From positions 4,618,123 to 4,682,122 of the forward strand of contig MU053557.1 of assembly GCA_013239625.1 (NCBI GenBank): 64,000 bases of DNA. The letters are read 5' to 3'. Numbering within the stretch: the first letter of the stretch is position 1; each line of letters starts with the position of its first letter. The notes below the pieces were generated by a model. It made no database searches. It saw only the letters and a program-made list of their open reading frames with translations, and was not told the DNA's origin. The translations under genes were made by a program, and so were the position numbers. The DNA is from Lama guanicoe (lineage: Eukaryota). Positions 14,200-27,744 of this stretch are shown one piece after another.

Positions 14200-14767
14200 T
14201 TTTTTTTTTTAATGAAAGCACAGTTGACTTACAATATTGTCTTATTTCCAGGTGTACAGCAAAGTGATTCATATATGTATATATATGTGTATATAATTTT
14301 TCAGTTTATTTTCCATTATAGGTTATTATAAGATATTGAATATAGTTCCTGTGCTATACAGTAAATCCTGTTGCTTCTCTATTTTATGTATAATAGTTTG
14401 TGTCTGTTAATTCCATGCTCCTAATTTATCCCTTCCATCCTCCCTTTCCCCTTTGGTAACTGTAAATTTGTTTTCTGTATCTGTTGAGTCTGTTTCTGTT
14501 TTGTATATAGATAGATTTGTTATTTTTTAGATTCCACATGTAAGTGATACAATATTTGGCTTTCTCTGTCTGACTTATTTCACTTAGTGTGATATTCTCT
14601 AGGTCCATACATGTTGCTGCAAATGGCAATATTTCATTCTTTTTTATGGCTGAGTAATATTCCATTGTGTATATGTATATGTATATATACACACCACATC
14701 TTCTTAAGCCAGTTGTCTGTTGATGGGCATTGGGTTGTTTCTGAGTCTTTGCTATTGAAAATAGTGC
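14200..14767 (-). mobile_element. Older short L1 3' fragment
   Basis: T-tract then L1 3' UTR; minus-strand peptide [20 protein letters not shown]. Confidence 0.88.
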
Positions 14768-15394
14768 TTTTCATCTGGTCTTTAGACAATTTCTACCAAT
14801 GACTAACCTGACAAAATTAGTGGGGCATGAAAACTCAGGATTGAAGGCCATCTGCCTCAAGATGCATCTTCCAGGACATTTAGCACATCTGCATGTGGAA
14901 GCACCTCTTTCATGTCTGTTTTGGAGTGGGACTCTCCCAGTATGGGGAGGGAGCACGGTGCATTGGAGGGAAAAGAAAGAAAGCCAGGTGGCTTTCAGCT
15001 ACTGCCAAAAGGGAAGAGGGTCTGAGAGGAGATTGAGGAGGCTGGCAGGGACCAGGCCATGCAGGCCCTTGTAGAGCCATGGCAAGGAGTCTGACTTTAT
15101 CCTAAGAGCAAAGTAAAGCCATTGAATGGTGTTAAGTGCTGCTGGAAGCAGTGATAGGCGGGGTTTAAGCATCATCGTATTTGGCTCTTGAAAGCATCAC
15201 TCTGGCGCCTGTGTGGAGAAATGAATGGGAAAAGAGGTCAGTTAGGACCTGCTGGGATCCTCCTAACTGGAGATAATAAGTCTGAGACAAGGCGTAGACG
15301 GACAGGGCACCTTCTACTCCAGGAGCTTTGCATGGTCTTGATTCCCTGGCAGCTTTTATATGCTTTATACTACTTAAAATAATGATTTGGAGTC

Positions 15395-15722
15395 TGTGTT
15401 AGTTAGCTAGAGCTGCCATAACAATATATCACACATGAGTGGCTTAAGCAACAGAAACTTATTTAGTGATAGTTCTGGAGGCCAGAAATCTGAGATGTAG
15501 ATGTCAGCCGGGCTGGTTTCTTCTGAGGCATGTCTCCTTGGCTTGTAGATGGCTGTCTTCTCCCTGGATCTTCATATGACCTTCCTCCTGTGCAGGTCTG
15601 TGTCCTCATCCTCTCTCATTATGAGGGCACCAGTCATACTGGATTAGAGCTCACCCTGATGACCTCGTTTTAACTTAATAAACTCATTAAAGCCCCTGCC
15701 TTAAAATACAGTCGCATTCTGA
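15395..15722. mobile_element. MLT1 LTR (truncated)
   Basis: gagctgccataacaa...gtggcttaagcaacagaaac...gttctggaggccag...ctcaccctgatgacctc. Confidence 0.78.
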
Positions 15723-15822
15723 TTTCCATCATACTTTTTTTCTTGGTTTCCCCATAAAGGATATTTAGATAACCTAAGTGTTTCTATTATTTGTCGTTGT
15801 CCACCCCCACCTCACCCTCCCT

Positions 15823-15826
<4 letters not shown>

Positions 15827-15853
<27 letters not shown>
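15827..15853. repeat. (CA)n microsatellite
   Basis: Visible CA run. Confidence 0.9.
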
Positions 15854-15857
<4 letters not shown>

Positions 15858-16273
15858 CCTGCATTATGTATAGAAAATGCTGCATAACTATATGACGGAT
15901 TTCATTTGGGTTCTGGTCTTCCATCGGAATATTGAACTTGATGGTGTTGTGAGTTCTAGTACAGCGTGGTTTGGCCACAGAAATTCTCTTTACTAGTTAC
16001 TGGTTACTTCTTGGGAACAAGCCTGTTGTGTTTGCCTTCCTTGTGGGCTCCAGAAATTCCTGTTGGAGCAAACATCTATTAAGTTCATCCTGACCAGAGA
16101 CTTAACTGCTTATCTTAAACCATGGGTGTGTCTAAATGTTTGTGGAGTTCCCACACAAATACTCCAGGGATTAGGGGCATCAGCAGCACCCCTCCTCGAG
16201 TAGTTTACAGTCTGCTAGGGAAATAAAGCAAGCACAAGTGTAACAATATTACAGGGTAGACTGTTCTCTAGGT

Positions 16274-16461
16274 GAGTGGTTCTCAAAATGTGGTCCCCAA
16301 ACCAGCAGCGTGAGCGTCACTTGGAAACTTGTTAGAAATGCAAATTCTCATCCCCAACCTGGGACCTACTGAATCAGAAACCGTAGGGGTGGGACCCAAC
16401 AATCTGTGTTTTGACAAGGCATCTGAGGATTCTGATGCACACTCAAGTTTGAGAAGCACTT
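16274..16461. mobile_element. MER5A-like hAT-Charlie element
   Basis: Terminal inverted ends agtggttctcaaa...tttgagaagcact; internal gttagaaatgcaaattctc...cctactgaatcagaaa. Confidence 0.8.
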
Positions 16462-18412
16462 AGTCATAAGAAGTACATGCCATGAGGTTTTAAAAGAGAG
16501 CTCATATTTGGGGGGGGGGCAGCATGAGGCGAGAATCTGGAAATCTTTCTAGAAGTATGTTACGTATGAGGTAGGCCTTGAGGAGTGGGTTGGATTTTGA
16601 TATTTATATGTAGATGAACATGTTTACTACAATTGCCATCTGCATGTTTATATATTTCTTTTACAAAAGTAATTAACAGCCTGGACTCTAACTCAAACGA
16701 TCTGCTAGCTGTCCCTTCCGTGCATTTTAACTGGCTCACTATGAATTGAGGCTTTCCCCAACATATGCTCAGTTATAGAACTGGTAATTATGATTGGAGG
16801 CATTTTGTTGGAGGAGACTTTCCATTCCAAACATAGCTTGAATTAGATTCTACTTTTAAATCCTTGCGACAAAATCAGACCAGAGCATCCTTGAATCCCT
16901 TGGTGGGTAGGGATCTTTAAGATCATCTATCCAATAATCCAGCCAGGTTACCTCTGAGCTGGTCTTGAAAGGTGGGTGGCATCAGAACACTCAACACAGA
17001 CACACACTTCTGCTAGCCCCTTGAATGATTCTGTAACACGGATCGGCAGACTGCAGCTTGAAGGTCTATTCTGGCCCGCTGCCTATCTGTAAATAAGGTT
17101 TTGTTGGAACACAGCTATGCCCACTCATTTACATATTGTCTATGGCTGCTTTTATACTGCAACAGTGCAAATTTTTACTCTCCTTCTTAAGAGCTTGCAT
17201 TTGTAAGCTCTTAGATTGCAAGTGATCAAAATCCAGGTCAAACTAGCTCAAGGTAATACAGGAATCTACTGGCTCCTGGACCTTTGAAGACAAGGGAAGG
17301 TCTGGGTGGAGTAGATGCTCTTGAGATCCAAAGGGACTGTCTTCACTGTGTCTGCTGCTCCAGTCACGTCGACTGCACCTCCTGCTGCTGAGCTCTTTCC
17401 CTGCTCACTCGGCCTGGTTAGCTCTTCTGCCGTCACTGTCGTTTCCATTTCATCCCACCCAGTCCACTCTGCTAAGTTCAGGTCTTCTTTCCGACGCAGT
17501 GGATCCTACAGCCACAGCATGAAGACTAGACTTGGCATCAGGACTCCTGGGTTCTGGTCCTGACTGCGCTGTTGAAATAAGATGTCAAGACTGGCAGAAA
17601 ATCAAAAACCTCTCAATAAATATAAAGGATTGCTTTCATTCTCTTAGAATCAAAGCATGTTTAATCTGACAAAGGCACTAAAATTTATCTTATCCCTGGT
17701 GGCCTAGGTGACAAGATGATCCATCAATATGTTTTACTTGAGTCACATACTGTTCTTCTTATTTTTTAAGTATTTGAGCCTAGCTATGAAAGCTGAGAGA
17801 TCTTACTTTAAAATCCAGATTTCTGGTTTCACTGAGCCCATGTCCCCACCTGGCAGGAGTCAGTTTAAATCGAGTGGGAACCATGCCTCTCTGACTCCCT
17901 CCCCGACTCCCTTCATCTTACCCAGCCCACTCTCCCATTTACATGACCTCCTACCCTCTGAAGCGCTGAGTTTGCGCTCCCTAATGTAATACAGTTATCC
18001 GAGTCCCAAAGATCTGATTCTTGTCTGTCGAGCCCAGGGGTCCTGCAGCCCCAGGCAGCTTCCACGTGTGGGAAGCTCACTATCTAGAAAGGCTGCTCGT
18101 GTCATCTCTGAGCAACTCTGACTATTAGGGAAACTTTCCCTGTCTAGTCCATCCTCCTCAGCATTCCCCAGTGGGTTAGGATGATTTGCCCTAAGCCTCC
18201 CAGTGTGTTAGAAGATTAGAACAAAGGTCTCAGGATGGCTCACCAAGCTAATGGTATTTTTGCCCCCTGATGGAGGTATGTTCTTTCTCACCTTCCTTAC
18301 CACTCACTAACCCCCGATCCAATGCAGGGGTGGGTTGGTACATATGAAAAAGTCATTCAGCATCAAGTTTATTTTTGACTGAAACATTTGCCTTTATAAA
18401 TATTCTAAAGAA

Positions 18413-18632
18413 CAAGAGTCAGCAAACTTTTTCTAGAAAGGGCCAGAGAGTGACTGTCTTCGGCTTTGTAGGTCCTGCGGGCTCTGTTGTAACTACTCAG
18501 CTCTGCCATCTTAGCACAAAAGTAGCCGTAGATAGCACATAGATGAGTCGATATGGCTGTGTTGCAATAAAACTTGATTTGCAAAGACAGGCAGTGGGCC
18601 AAAATTGACTCTCAAGCTGTAGCTTGCCCACT
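18413..18632. mobile_element. MER58A-like hAT element
   Basis: gtcagcaaactttttctagaaagggccaga...aactactcagctctgcc...caataaaactt. Confidence 0.75.
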
Positions 18633-18787
18633 GTTGCTATGGAGTGGGCCAGCAGGAGAGGTGTGCGTCTTGGCTGGTGTCAATGCCTCCCATCTTGCAA
18701 GGGCCAACGCGGACGTGCCATTTCCAGGTCGTGTGCCCTGATTCCTCGGCAGGAAGTTACCTCTATTGCACCAGAGTTCCTAGAGTG

Positions 18788-19131
18788 CAGCAGTTTTCAG
18801 AGATGTTCCCTGACAGCCCTTGAGGGCCTCTGAGCAGTCCACAGGATCAACACCATTTTCGTAACAACCCCAAGAAGGGTTTTGCCTTTCTCATTCTCAG
18901 TCTCTCACAAGAGTACAGTGAGGTTTTCCAGAGGGGATGTATGATGAAGTCATCACTGACAGCTAATGGAATGTGTGCTTCTGTTTTTCTGTTTTAAAAA
19001 AATTCTCAGGTAGGACTCTAATACAGTAAATAGCCGTAGATGTAACTCACCTGAACAAAAGCTCTTTGAGGTTCACGGCAATATTTTAGGTGTGTTAGGA
19101 GTCCTGAGACCAAACAGTTTCCGAACTGCTG
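18788..19131. mobile_element. hAT-Charlie-type non-autonomous element
   Basis: Inverted ends cagcagtt...aactgctg with a degenerate 8-bp TSD ctagagtg / ccagtgtg. Confidence 0.55.
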
Positions 19132-19578
19132 CCAGTGTGGTTTTCTTATACTTCAAAACACTTATCTTGTAAAACAAATTTTTCAGATAATCCTCACAAG
19201 AATGTAATTTTCCTAGAGGCAGGAGCTATGCCAACTATTGTGTTTCATGATTGCACGTGAATTCGCACAAAGTAAGTTCATTTATTTTAAAATGTTTGTT
19301 GTAAATCTGCTGTGTGCCAGGTATTGTGCTTGGCATTGGGACTAGAGAAGTGAGCTCAAAGAACATCATCCTTGCCCTCATCAAGCTTAGAGTCTAATGG
19401 AGGAAACAGAGACTAAGCAAATAATCACAACTAATTATATCAGTACATACTGAAAAACACAGTCAAGGGAGAGTCGCCAGGACTGTGAGAACTAAGAACA
19501 GTAGGTTTGTGCTGTTTGGGCGAGTCAGTGAAGGGCCTTTGACCAGAGAGCTGGGGGATGTGGGGGACTCATCTAAAG

Positions 19579-19724
19579 CAAGGTTTCTCCACCTTGTGAC
19601 ACTGTTGGTATCTTGGACCAGATAATTCTTTGTTGGGGAGGGGAGGGGCTATTTTGTGCATTATGAGATGTTAAGCAGTATCCCTGGCCTCTACCCCCTA
19701 AATGCCAGAATCTCTCTTCTCTCC

Positions 19725-19761
<37 letters not shown>

Positions 19762-19875
19762 GCGCGCGCGCGCCTCAGTTGTGACCATCAAAAATGTCTC
19801 CAGGCTTTGTTAAATGACTCCTGGCAGAGGGGGTCAGGGGAGGATTGGAGAATTGCCCCTGGTTGAGAACCAGTG
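19579..19875. mobile_element. MER20 hAT element containing a compound microsatellite
   Basis: ttggaccagataattctttgttgggg...cagttgtgac...aaaaatgtctccag...ggttgagaaccagtg; degenerate 8-bp TSD atctaaag / atctagaa. Confidence 0.8.
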
Positions 19876-22800
19876 ATCTAGAAAAGAGATATGGTAGGAC
19901 GACCACTGTGGTAGCCCAGGTGAGAGGTGCTTGTGGCTGGGCCAGGGCTGGTGGAGATGGAGAGGCTGAATGGGGTTCGTCTGCACAGCGTGGTAATGGA
20001 TAGACCAGGAGAGTGGCTGTGCCAGGGACAATGATAAATTTCAGGGCTCATATGGAAGGACTGACATTGGTTTGGGCAAGTGACACCATCACAAGCTAGC
20101 TCTGAGCCCTCATGACACATTTCTCAGGATATACTAGAGAGACAGAGAGAGAGAGAAAATACCTTTGCTCATCTCACTGCCTGCGTGACTGCCCGCACTG
20201 TTAATCTCTGCCCAATGGGGGATGGCTCTAATAACAGACCAGAAACAGCTCTTCCTAAAAGAAATGACAACTTTAGAAAAGAAAAACCATCTGTGAGGGC
20301 TGAGTAAATTAATTGTGTGTTTAATCTAGCTGTGTGAGGACATTATTTCAGTGCCAGTTAAGTTTTTTAAACGTTGAGAAGGTTGGCAAACACATGGGAT
20401 AAGATACGCTTTGTAATACTCAGGGGGATACTGGCACCTTATTTACGACAGCACTTTTGATACACAGTAGTGTAAGACACCAAGATTTCTAAAATTCTCA
20501 TCTCAGTGCCAAAGATGGTATGAGCCTTCAAGTCACTGAGCCAAGGGTTTTCAGCCTTTAATGAACAAAAGAGGCTGCAGGGGAGCTTGTTTAAGCTTTC
20601 AGGTCGCATTTGGCAGCTCTGAGGGTGGGCCCGGGAATCTGCGTTTTGACCATCCGTGCCCACCTTTCCCCCCTACCCAACCCCAAGGGATCCTGAAGCA
20701 GGTGGTTAGCTGGGCACTTTGAGAAACACTCATGCAGTTAAGGAGTGTGTTCCAGTTCCACTTCCACCACTGACCTCTGCTGCACGACCACTTCATCTCA
20801 CCCCACCTCTGCCTGGCCAGCTTTTCATATCCAGAGTGGCTCCAGGAAGCTTTTCCTGACAACTCCGACGATCCCATAGTGTAGGACCATTTGGTTCCAT
20901 GGACTGCCTGCAGCAGCAGTGACAGCCCCCAACTAAAAGTGGCTTAAACAATCTAGACACATCTGTTTTACAGAATAGAAAGTCCAAAGAGGGGCAGATC
21001 CAAGGCAGGTTCATTCAGAGGTCCAGCATCATCCACAAACACCCGGATTCTTTCCGTCTTGAGTGGCTCCCCTTGGAGTTCATCGTGGGTACCAGGGCTG
21101 CAGTTCCAGCATCCCAGGTAGGCAGCAACCTCCAAAGGCCAACAAGAGTGACGAGAACCTCCCCAGGGCCCCACACCCCAACCTGACCTCCCTTCATGTC
21201 TCGTTGACCAGGAGTGTGTCGCATGCCTTTGCCTAAGTCAGTCAGTTGACAAAGGAATGAGAATACTAGAATCGACGTTCACCAATCAGGATTCCTTCCC
21301 CAAGGCCAGGAAAGCTCACAGCCTTTCCTAAAAGACACGGCAGCTTAGGGAAGGATGAACAAAAACGGATTTCCCCCGGAAGAGAGAGGCTCTGTTAGCA
21401 GATGAAGGGGGAATGGCTGTCGGGAAGGCAGCCGCCGTGTCTGACTCAACACTCCTCTTCCTGTCTTGGAACGCCTCTCCCACCATTTCCCCTGCTGGAG
21501 TGTGAGTCACAGGAGGGCAGGGACTGTGTCCACTTGGTCCGTTGTGTCCTCAGCTGGATGCTGGGGGTCATGTTAGATACATGAGATCCAGCATGTAGTG
21601 GTCCTGGAACATTTGTTTAATTTAAATTGGTATCTGACTATGATTTAGATGGAAAACTGTGATTAATTAGGGCATAAAGTAGTTGGTTGCAAATGATGAA
21701 ACCCCAACTCAAACTAAGTCATATTTTTTTTTTTAAAGAACTGAACTATATTGGTTTGTATAATTGGAGAGTTCAGAAGTGCCGTAGCTTCGGGCCTGTC
21801 TTGATTGACAAACTCAAGTGACACATTTGGGGACCCGTTCACTATCTCTCTGCATCTCTAGTATGCTCTCTCCACATGAGGGCCAGATAGTGCCAGAGGC
21901 CTCTGGCTACTACCTCCTCCGGGCTTAGCAACCCAGAAAAAATCCAGAGAGGACTGGGTCACGTGCCTGCCAGTCACATGAAACGAAGATTGGAGTTCTC
22001 TGGGTGGCCAGGCTCGGGCTACTTTCAGATCCTGTATTGCAGCAGGGTCAGCCCACCCAAACTCCACAGAGTGGGCTCCCCACGGGAAAGAGAGGTTAAA
22101 TTGCCAGAAGAAGCAGAGAGCAGATGCTAAAGAGGCAAAACAACAGATGTCCACTTCATTTATGGGTGGAAAAAAAAGCAGTTTGCCGGGCATGACCAAT
22201 CGTTGAGAACTACTTGCTGATACACACAGTGAACGCAGAAAGTAAACATTTTCCCTGAAGCTCCTGGTCCATACCAATTAAATTTGAAACTTTGAACAAA
22301 GATAAAATATAGCAACTTTTGCTTTTTGATTTTTAGGGAGGATCTTTGTTTTTATCATTTTTTTAATCTCAAAAGGAAGTGTATTCTTTATCTTTCCTCC
22401 TGTTATCTTTTGATCTTTTTCTTCTTTCTTTTCTCTTGGTTACCGTGTATCTTGACTTCTTCCTCCCACGTGTCATGTATCAACAACCTACTAAAAAAAG
22501 TACAGAAATGACATCTCTCCATGCTACTTTCTCCAGATTTTCTTTCTCTCCTGTCCCCTACCCAATCAGAAATAATTCATAAAAATCTTAACACTTCATG
22601 TTTGGATCTCTCTGATTCCTTTACCAAATTGTACCTTAGACGGTAACATTTAGGGATATATTTTCATCATTCATTCATCTGGCAATTACTGAGTGCCTAC
22701 TAATGTTAAGTACTGGGTTTAGCATTAGACATGCAATTTTTTAAAAATCCCCCCTACTCCATCCTGGAATTTCCTTTGGAGTAGGAGATGTGTTTATCTT

Positions 22801-22917
22801 TACATCTCCATGATATTTAGCTTTATTTTTAAATTGTTACTACAACTATCATTATCATTACTATTATAGCCCACTTTGGTTTAGCACTTACAATATACCA
22901 GACAATGTGTTAGGTGA

Positions 22918-22919
<2 letters not shown>

Positions 22920-22959
<40 letters not shown>
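22920..22959. repeat. (AT)n microsatellite within a MIR-like remnant
   Basis: About 19 perfect AT units. Confidence 0.95.
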
Positions 22960-22964
<5 letters not shown>

Positions 22965-23415
22965 CTTCTGCTCCTTTCAAAAATTCTGCAAGATAAATAC
23001 TATTATCCCCATATGATGGGAAAACTAAGGTCCAGTGACACAGCACCCTGTCTAGTCTTATACCACCTGGATTTGAACCCCAATCTGACAGATTCCAGAG
23101 CCCATTCTCCCTTCAAAGAAACTACTCCATGAGTGCCTCATAAAGCAATGAAGATTTTGCTTGTTTTTCTGTGAAGGTTAAGGTTTTGATACACCACCTT
23201 GCACACGGAATGCTGGGTAGACTCTGAGTGGTGAATCCTGTAATGAGGATAAACCTACAGGGGACCCACTCTTCCTCCTAATTCCTCTTGTGACCACTGG
23301 CAGACATCACTGAGGCTGCCCATTTGTCCCCCACCCACACATCCACAATTTCAAATGAGTCTGTTTGAAGGGCCTTGGTTTCTTCACTGGTGAAACCGTG
23401 AGGCTTGTTGTAGGT

Positions 23416-23620
23416 CAGGGATGTCTAATAGAACATTCTGCAATGATGGAAACATTCTTTTTCTGTGTTACCCAGTACAGCTGCCACTAGCCACATGTGG
23501 CTTCTGAGTACTTAAAATGTGGCAAGGGTGGCTGAGAAATTGGATTTTTTATTTTATTTAACTTCAATTAATTTTAATTAGCCACATATAACTAATGCCT
23601 ACCGTATTGGACTGTGCAAA
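23416..23620. mobile_element. MER3-like hAT element
   Basis: tgtctaatagaacattctgcaatgatggaaa...gccactagccacatgtggc...ccgtattggactgtgc. Confidence 0.7.
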
Positions 23621-26600
23621 CCTAGAATAATCTTTATCATTCTTTTCACCTCTGATCATATGCATATTATTGGAGTGCAAACAACATTTTTTAATGAGAT
23701 GGCATAAAGTATCGAAATGGAATGGAATAGAAAAAGAAAATATCAGTATATATTATGCATACTAAAAATAAGTTTTGTTTGTGAATATTTGTATATTCTA
23801 TTTGTATATTTGTATACTGGGTCATTTGCAAATTAATTTCTTCCAGTGGGTCATGGTCAAAAAATAGTTTGAAAACCTCTCTCTGTCCCTGAGTAATGTC
23901 AGCAAGACCTTGAGACTGACGTGCTTATATGGTGCTCCCTTATCCAGCCTGGGGCTGTGCAAGACCTCATTTCAGGAGTATTCTATTCTTCCAGCTCCTA
24001 CAGGCATGTGGCAAGCATGTGACTTCTCTGGATGGTAATTGGAAGTGACCTTCTGGTCATCTATCTGTCTGGATGCAGAGATCCCGAACGGCTGGCCCAC
24101 AGGCAGAATCCAGCTCCCACAGAAAGGCCTCTTTGGGACCTTGATATGTTTCTGCAGGACAGTGATCTGCTGGGACCCGGTAGCTTCTTCCCTTCTGGTG
24201 GCCAAGTCTCTCCAGGTTGGGCCCGTTGGGTGAATTTTTCACTGACTTTCCCTGCCTGGCCCCTGGAGGTATTTTGTGTTGCAACTGTGTTAATATGCAT
24301 AGACTATTGGATCTGAAAGGAAACTGAGAGATCACAGAATCACAGTAAAACCCTTTTACTTTATAGATGGGAAAGCAATGACCCAGAAATGGAGAGTGCC
24401 CTGCCTGAGGCCTCCCAGAAAGTTAGTGGCAGAGTAAAGACTAGAAGATGCTGGTTCCCTCTCACAGGGAAGAACCAGACATTGACAGAAATCTTGGAAG
24501 GATAGGGGTTAGAGGAGGGAGAGAGAGAGGAAGGAAAAACCAAGGAAGAAAGGTAGGAGGGAGAGAGAGAGAGAAAGAAGGAAGGAGGAAGGTGGGGGTG
24601 GGGGGAAACATGGAAGGAGGAGGGGAAGGAGATGGGGCAGAGTGGAGTGATGGTAAGCCATCGTCTCAGCAGCTCTGGGGAAGAGAGGGCCTGACCAGCA
24701 GGTCACATTTCTGCCAGGGCAGCCCCTCTGGTGGGGTAATTGCGCTGAGGGGGTTCTAGTGAGTGGGTGACAGTGGAGACCATCAAGGGGAGCCCTGTAG
24801 AACTCTGAGCAATGGGACAGGTACTTTAGACACCAAAGAGGGACTCTCCGTGAGACCTCTGCCTTCTGAGAATTGAGGCTGTGTGGGCTGGCTTTGAGAA
24901 GTCCCTGACTTGTGTCATCCACACCTCATTTTGGCCTGTCCTTGGGCAAACTGTCCCTGACCTGAAACAAGGCATTTTCCTACTGGTTCTGGCATAGCCA
25001 GCATGATGGCGACCCTGACTACGTTCCTCCCTTCTCTCAGCCTCGGGGTTTCATCTGTAAAGGTGGGAATGTGGATGAGATGGGACAGAAGGTGCCCTGG
25101 GGGCTCCCTTGGGGAGAGAGGAGTCACAAGTTGGTGGCATGCCAGGCCCTACCCCACGGAGCCACAGCACCTCTGCAGGCTCTAGGCGGAGATCACAGTT
25201 CCAGTGCCTTCACGCGCCTGGCGGTGCAGGAGAGAAGCTGGCCAGAGGTGAGGCAAAAGGAAGAGGCAGGAACCATGGTGATCAGGAAGGATTTAAAAAC
25301 AAACACGAGGCCTCCCAAGTAAAGCATGTCTGGGAGTCGCATCCAATGCCAGCAGCTTGGTCTAGGGGATTTCCCCGAGTGACCAGCAGGTCGTCATGTG
25401 TTTGCATTCTGTGCGTGGTTTGCAGTGCAATCAGTATAACCTAGAGGCCATTTCATTATTTCAATAAAGGGTTCGTAGCTTAAAAAAAAAAAAAAGCAAG
25501 GAGGGGGACCTCCAGACTAGATGTTTTCTATATGCTCTCTACTCTGAAAATCTGTAAGCTGAAGGAAACCCAGGTGGCAGCTGGTATTCCTTGGTTTTCC
25601 CCACAATATATCAGAGCTTGGTGGCCTGCCAGAGTCTCAGGAAGCAAACATTGTATAAGTATTAAAACCTCTGGCTCAGAGGCCAAGGGACTGAGTCACT
25701 CGAAGCACAAAGACAATTGCTGGCTTCCTGAAGGTCCTCTATTTCCAACATGGTTTCCAGGGCCCCAGACGAAACCCAAATTGTATTTCTCAGATAAGTG
25801 ATAGAGATGCTGGAAAGGGTGACACAAGGGCCAGGTGCAGGGCAATGCCATTCTCCCTGTGGGGGGTGCCTGGCCCCTGCTTTCCCTCAGGAGACACTGG
25901 GCAGAGGAGACCCCACCAGGGATGCTCCTGAGGGGAGAGAGGAGAGGAGAGAAAACTGAGCCTGTCCTAGTCCCACCGATGCTTGTGTGAACTGTAGCTC
26001 TGACGTGTGCATGTGGCGTGACTTCAGGCAAATGAATTAACCTCTCTGTGCCTCAGATTCCCCGTATAGAAAACAGAGCATATGGGGTCTGTCTCATGGA
26101 GTGGTTGTGAGAATTAAATAAGATGGTACGTATGAAGCCCTTAGCACAGGTCCTGGCACATAGCGATTCATGCTGGCTCTTGTTAGCTATCTTTACAGCC
26201 CCTCAGAGTCCCCGACTGGGGACTTTATAAAGGTATCAAGGGACAGAGTCAGTGGTAATTAGAGAATTTGGTGTTGATTGCCAGGAGCCATTCCGAAGAG
26301 GGAACGATGCTAAGGCTGGGAGACACATTGGGATTTTTCCCTTTCTCCGTCAAATCTCATCTATTCCTCAGCTGTTTCGTGACCAGCTCTGTATATTATA
26401 TTCCTAAAACCCCGTGACCATGTGTAGCAAGATGATATTTTTGAAATATTAACTGGTATTTCCCTCTCCCACCCATCACAAGCCTTCCCTCTATTCAGGG
26501 AGCAAGGCCTCAGGGTTGGGATGGGCAGCAGAAGGCAGAGAGAAAAGGGGTCACTTCCCGGCTTTTGAATTTCAAAAGTCTGTGCCCTTAGAGCAGGAAG

Positions 26601-26906
26601 GATTTATTACAAAGCTAAACACCCTAGAGAAAGCATACATTAGAGAGGGCAGAAAGGGCTTTTTTACCCATAGCTAGCAAACTTGATTCCCTGGCCCAGA
26701 GATGGGAAGGGGCATCTCAGGGAAAGAAATGAGAACACAGATCTCATGGAGTCCTTAGAAAGAGGCTGTGCCATCCGCCTTCTGAGCCAGAGCCGTACAC
26801 AGTCCCAGTGAGCGGGATCCGGGGTGGAGGGGCCAACTGACCAAAACTTAGCTTCTACTTGTCTTGAAATAGTAACCAAGTTGAGTTATAAGAAAGAAAT
26901 GAGAGG

Positions 26907-27744
26907 TTTTTTTTCATCTTAAAGTCTTTTATTGAGTTCAATCAGAAGTATACAGTTTTGGGGTTTTTTACAACAATATTAATATAGAATAAAGTGAAAA
27001 GTTAATACTATGACTCTGTATCTGGATCGACTTCCTGAATTTACAAGGTGGAATACTCAGTATGCAGATCTGATTTTATCGAGTAACTTCCCTAACAAGT
27101 GGGAAATAAATCAGTCCTTCGGTGGGACGGCAACTCAGGCCTCCTCTCCCAAGACACTTGCAGTGGGGAGGCCGTCTGGGTCCAGCCCAGATCCTTTCTG
27201 CTGTAGCTGTAGCGTGGCAGCTGGCTGTCAGGCAGGAGCAGGCTGTCTGGCCAAGAGCATGCAGTTCTGACACATGTCCTGACAACACGATGCTGAAGAA
27301 GCTGTGTTGCCAGCTTCACGCCGTGACTGTGGAGCAGGCTGATGAGCCTGGCAGAGGGAGGCTGTGGAGGAGTTTCTGTTGCAGCAAAGGTTTTACAATA
27401 CCGTCTTGGGGTGACAGACTGTTTTACTGACCTGCTGACACAGGAAGCTGTGACCAGGCAGGGGCCATCTGTGAGATTCCCAGAGGGCTCCTGCCTCTGC
27501 CCTGCTGCAGCCACCGACCGGCACCTGCAGAGCCTGCCTCTCCCCGGGCTCCCACACGCACACCTGTCGGGCTGTACCTGCCCACGCCAGGGAAGCTGCT
27601 CAAGGCTGACATCCTGTGGCCCCGGGGCAGCAATTACAGCTTCCTCATCATCTGCCGGAGATGCTGAATTACTGTTCCTGGTTTCCTGGTGTGTTCTTTG
27701 GTGCCCTCCAGCATTAGTCTTAAATCTTTGTAAAGCTCGTATAT
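26907..27744 (-). pseudogene. Probable 5'-truncated processed pseudogene (36 C-terminal codons, ~720-nt 3' UTR, polyA); parent gene not identified
   Basis: Minus strand reads IYELYKDLRLMLEGTKEHTRKPGTVIQHLRQMMRKL* (27744-27634), then a UTR-like tract, AATAAA (26933-26928) and A8 (26914-26907). Flanks share atg(a)gaggt...tttt. Confidence 0.55.

Noticed and set aside
24500..24640. Purine-rich/G-run tract with G4 or triplex potential
   Set aside because: Ordinary low-complexity sequence without further support.
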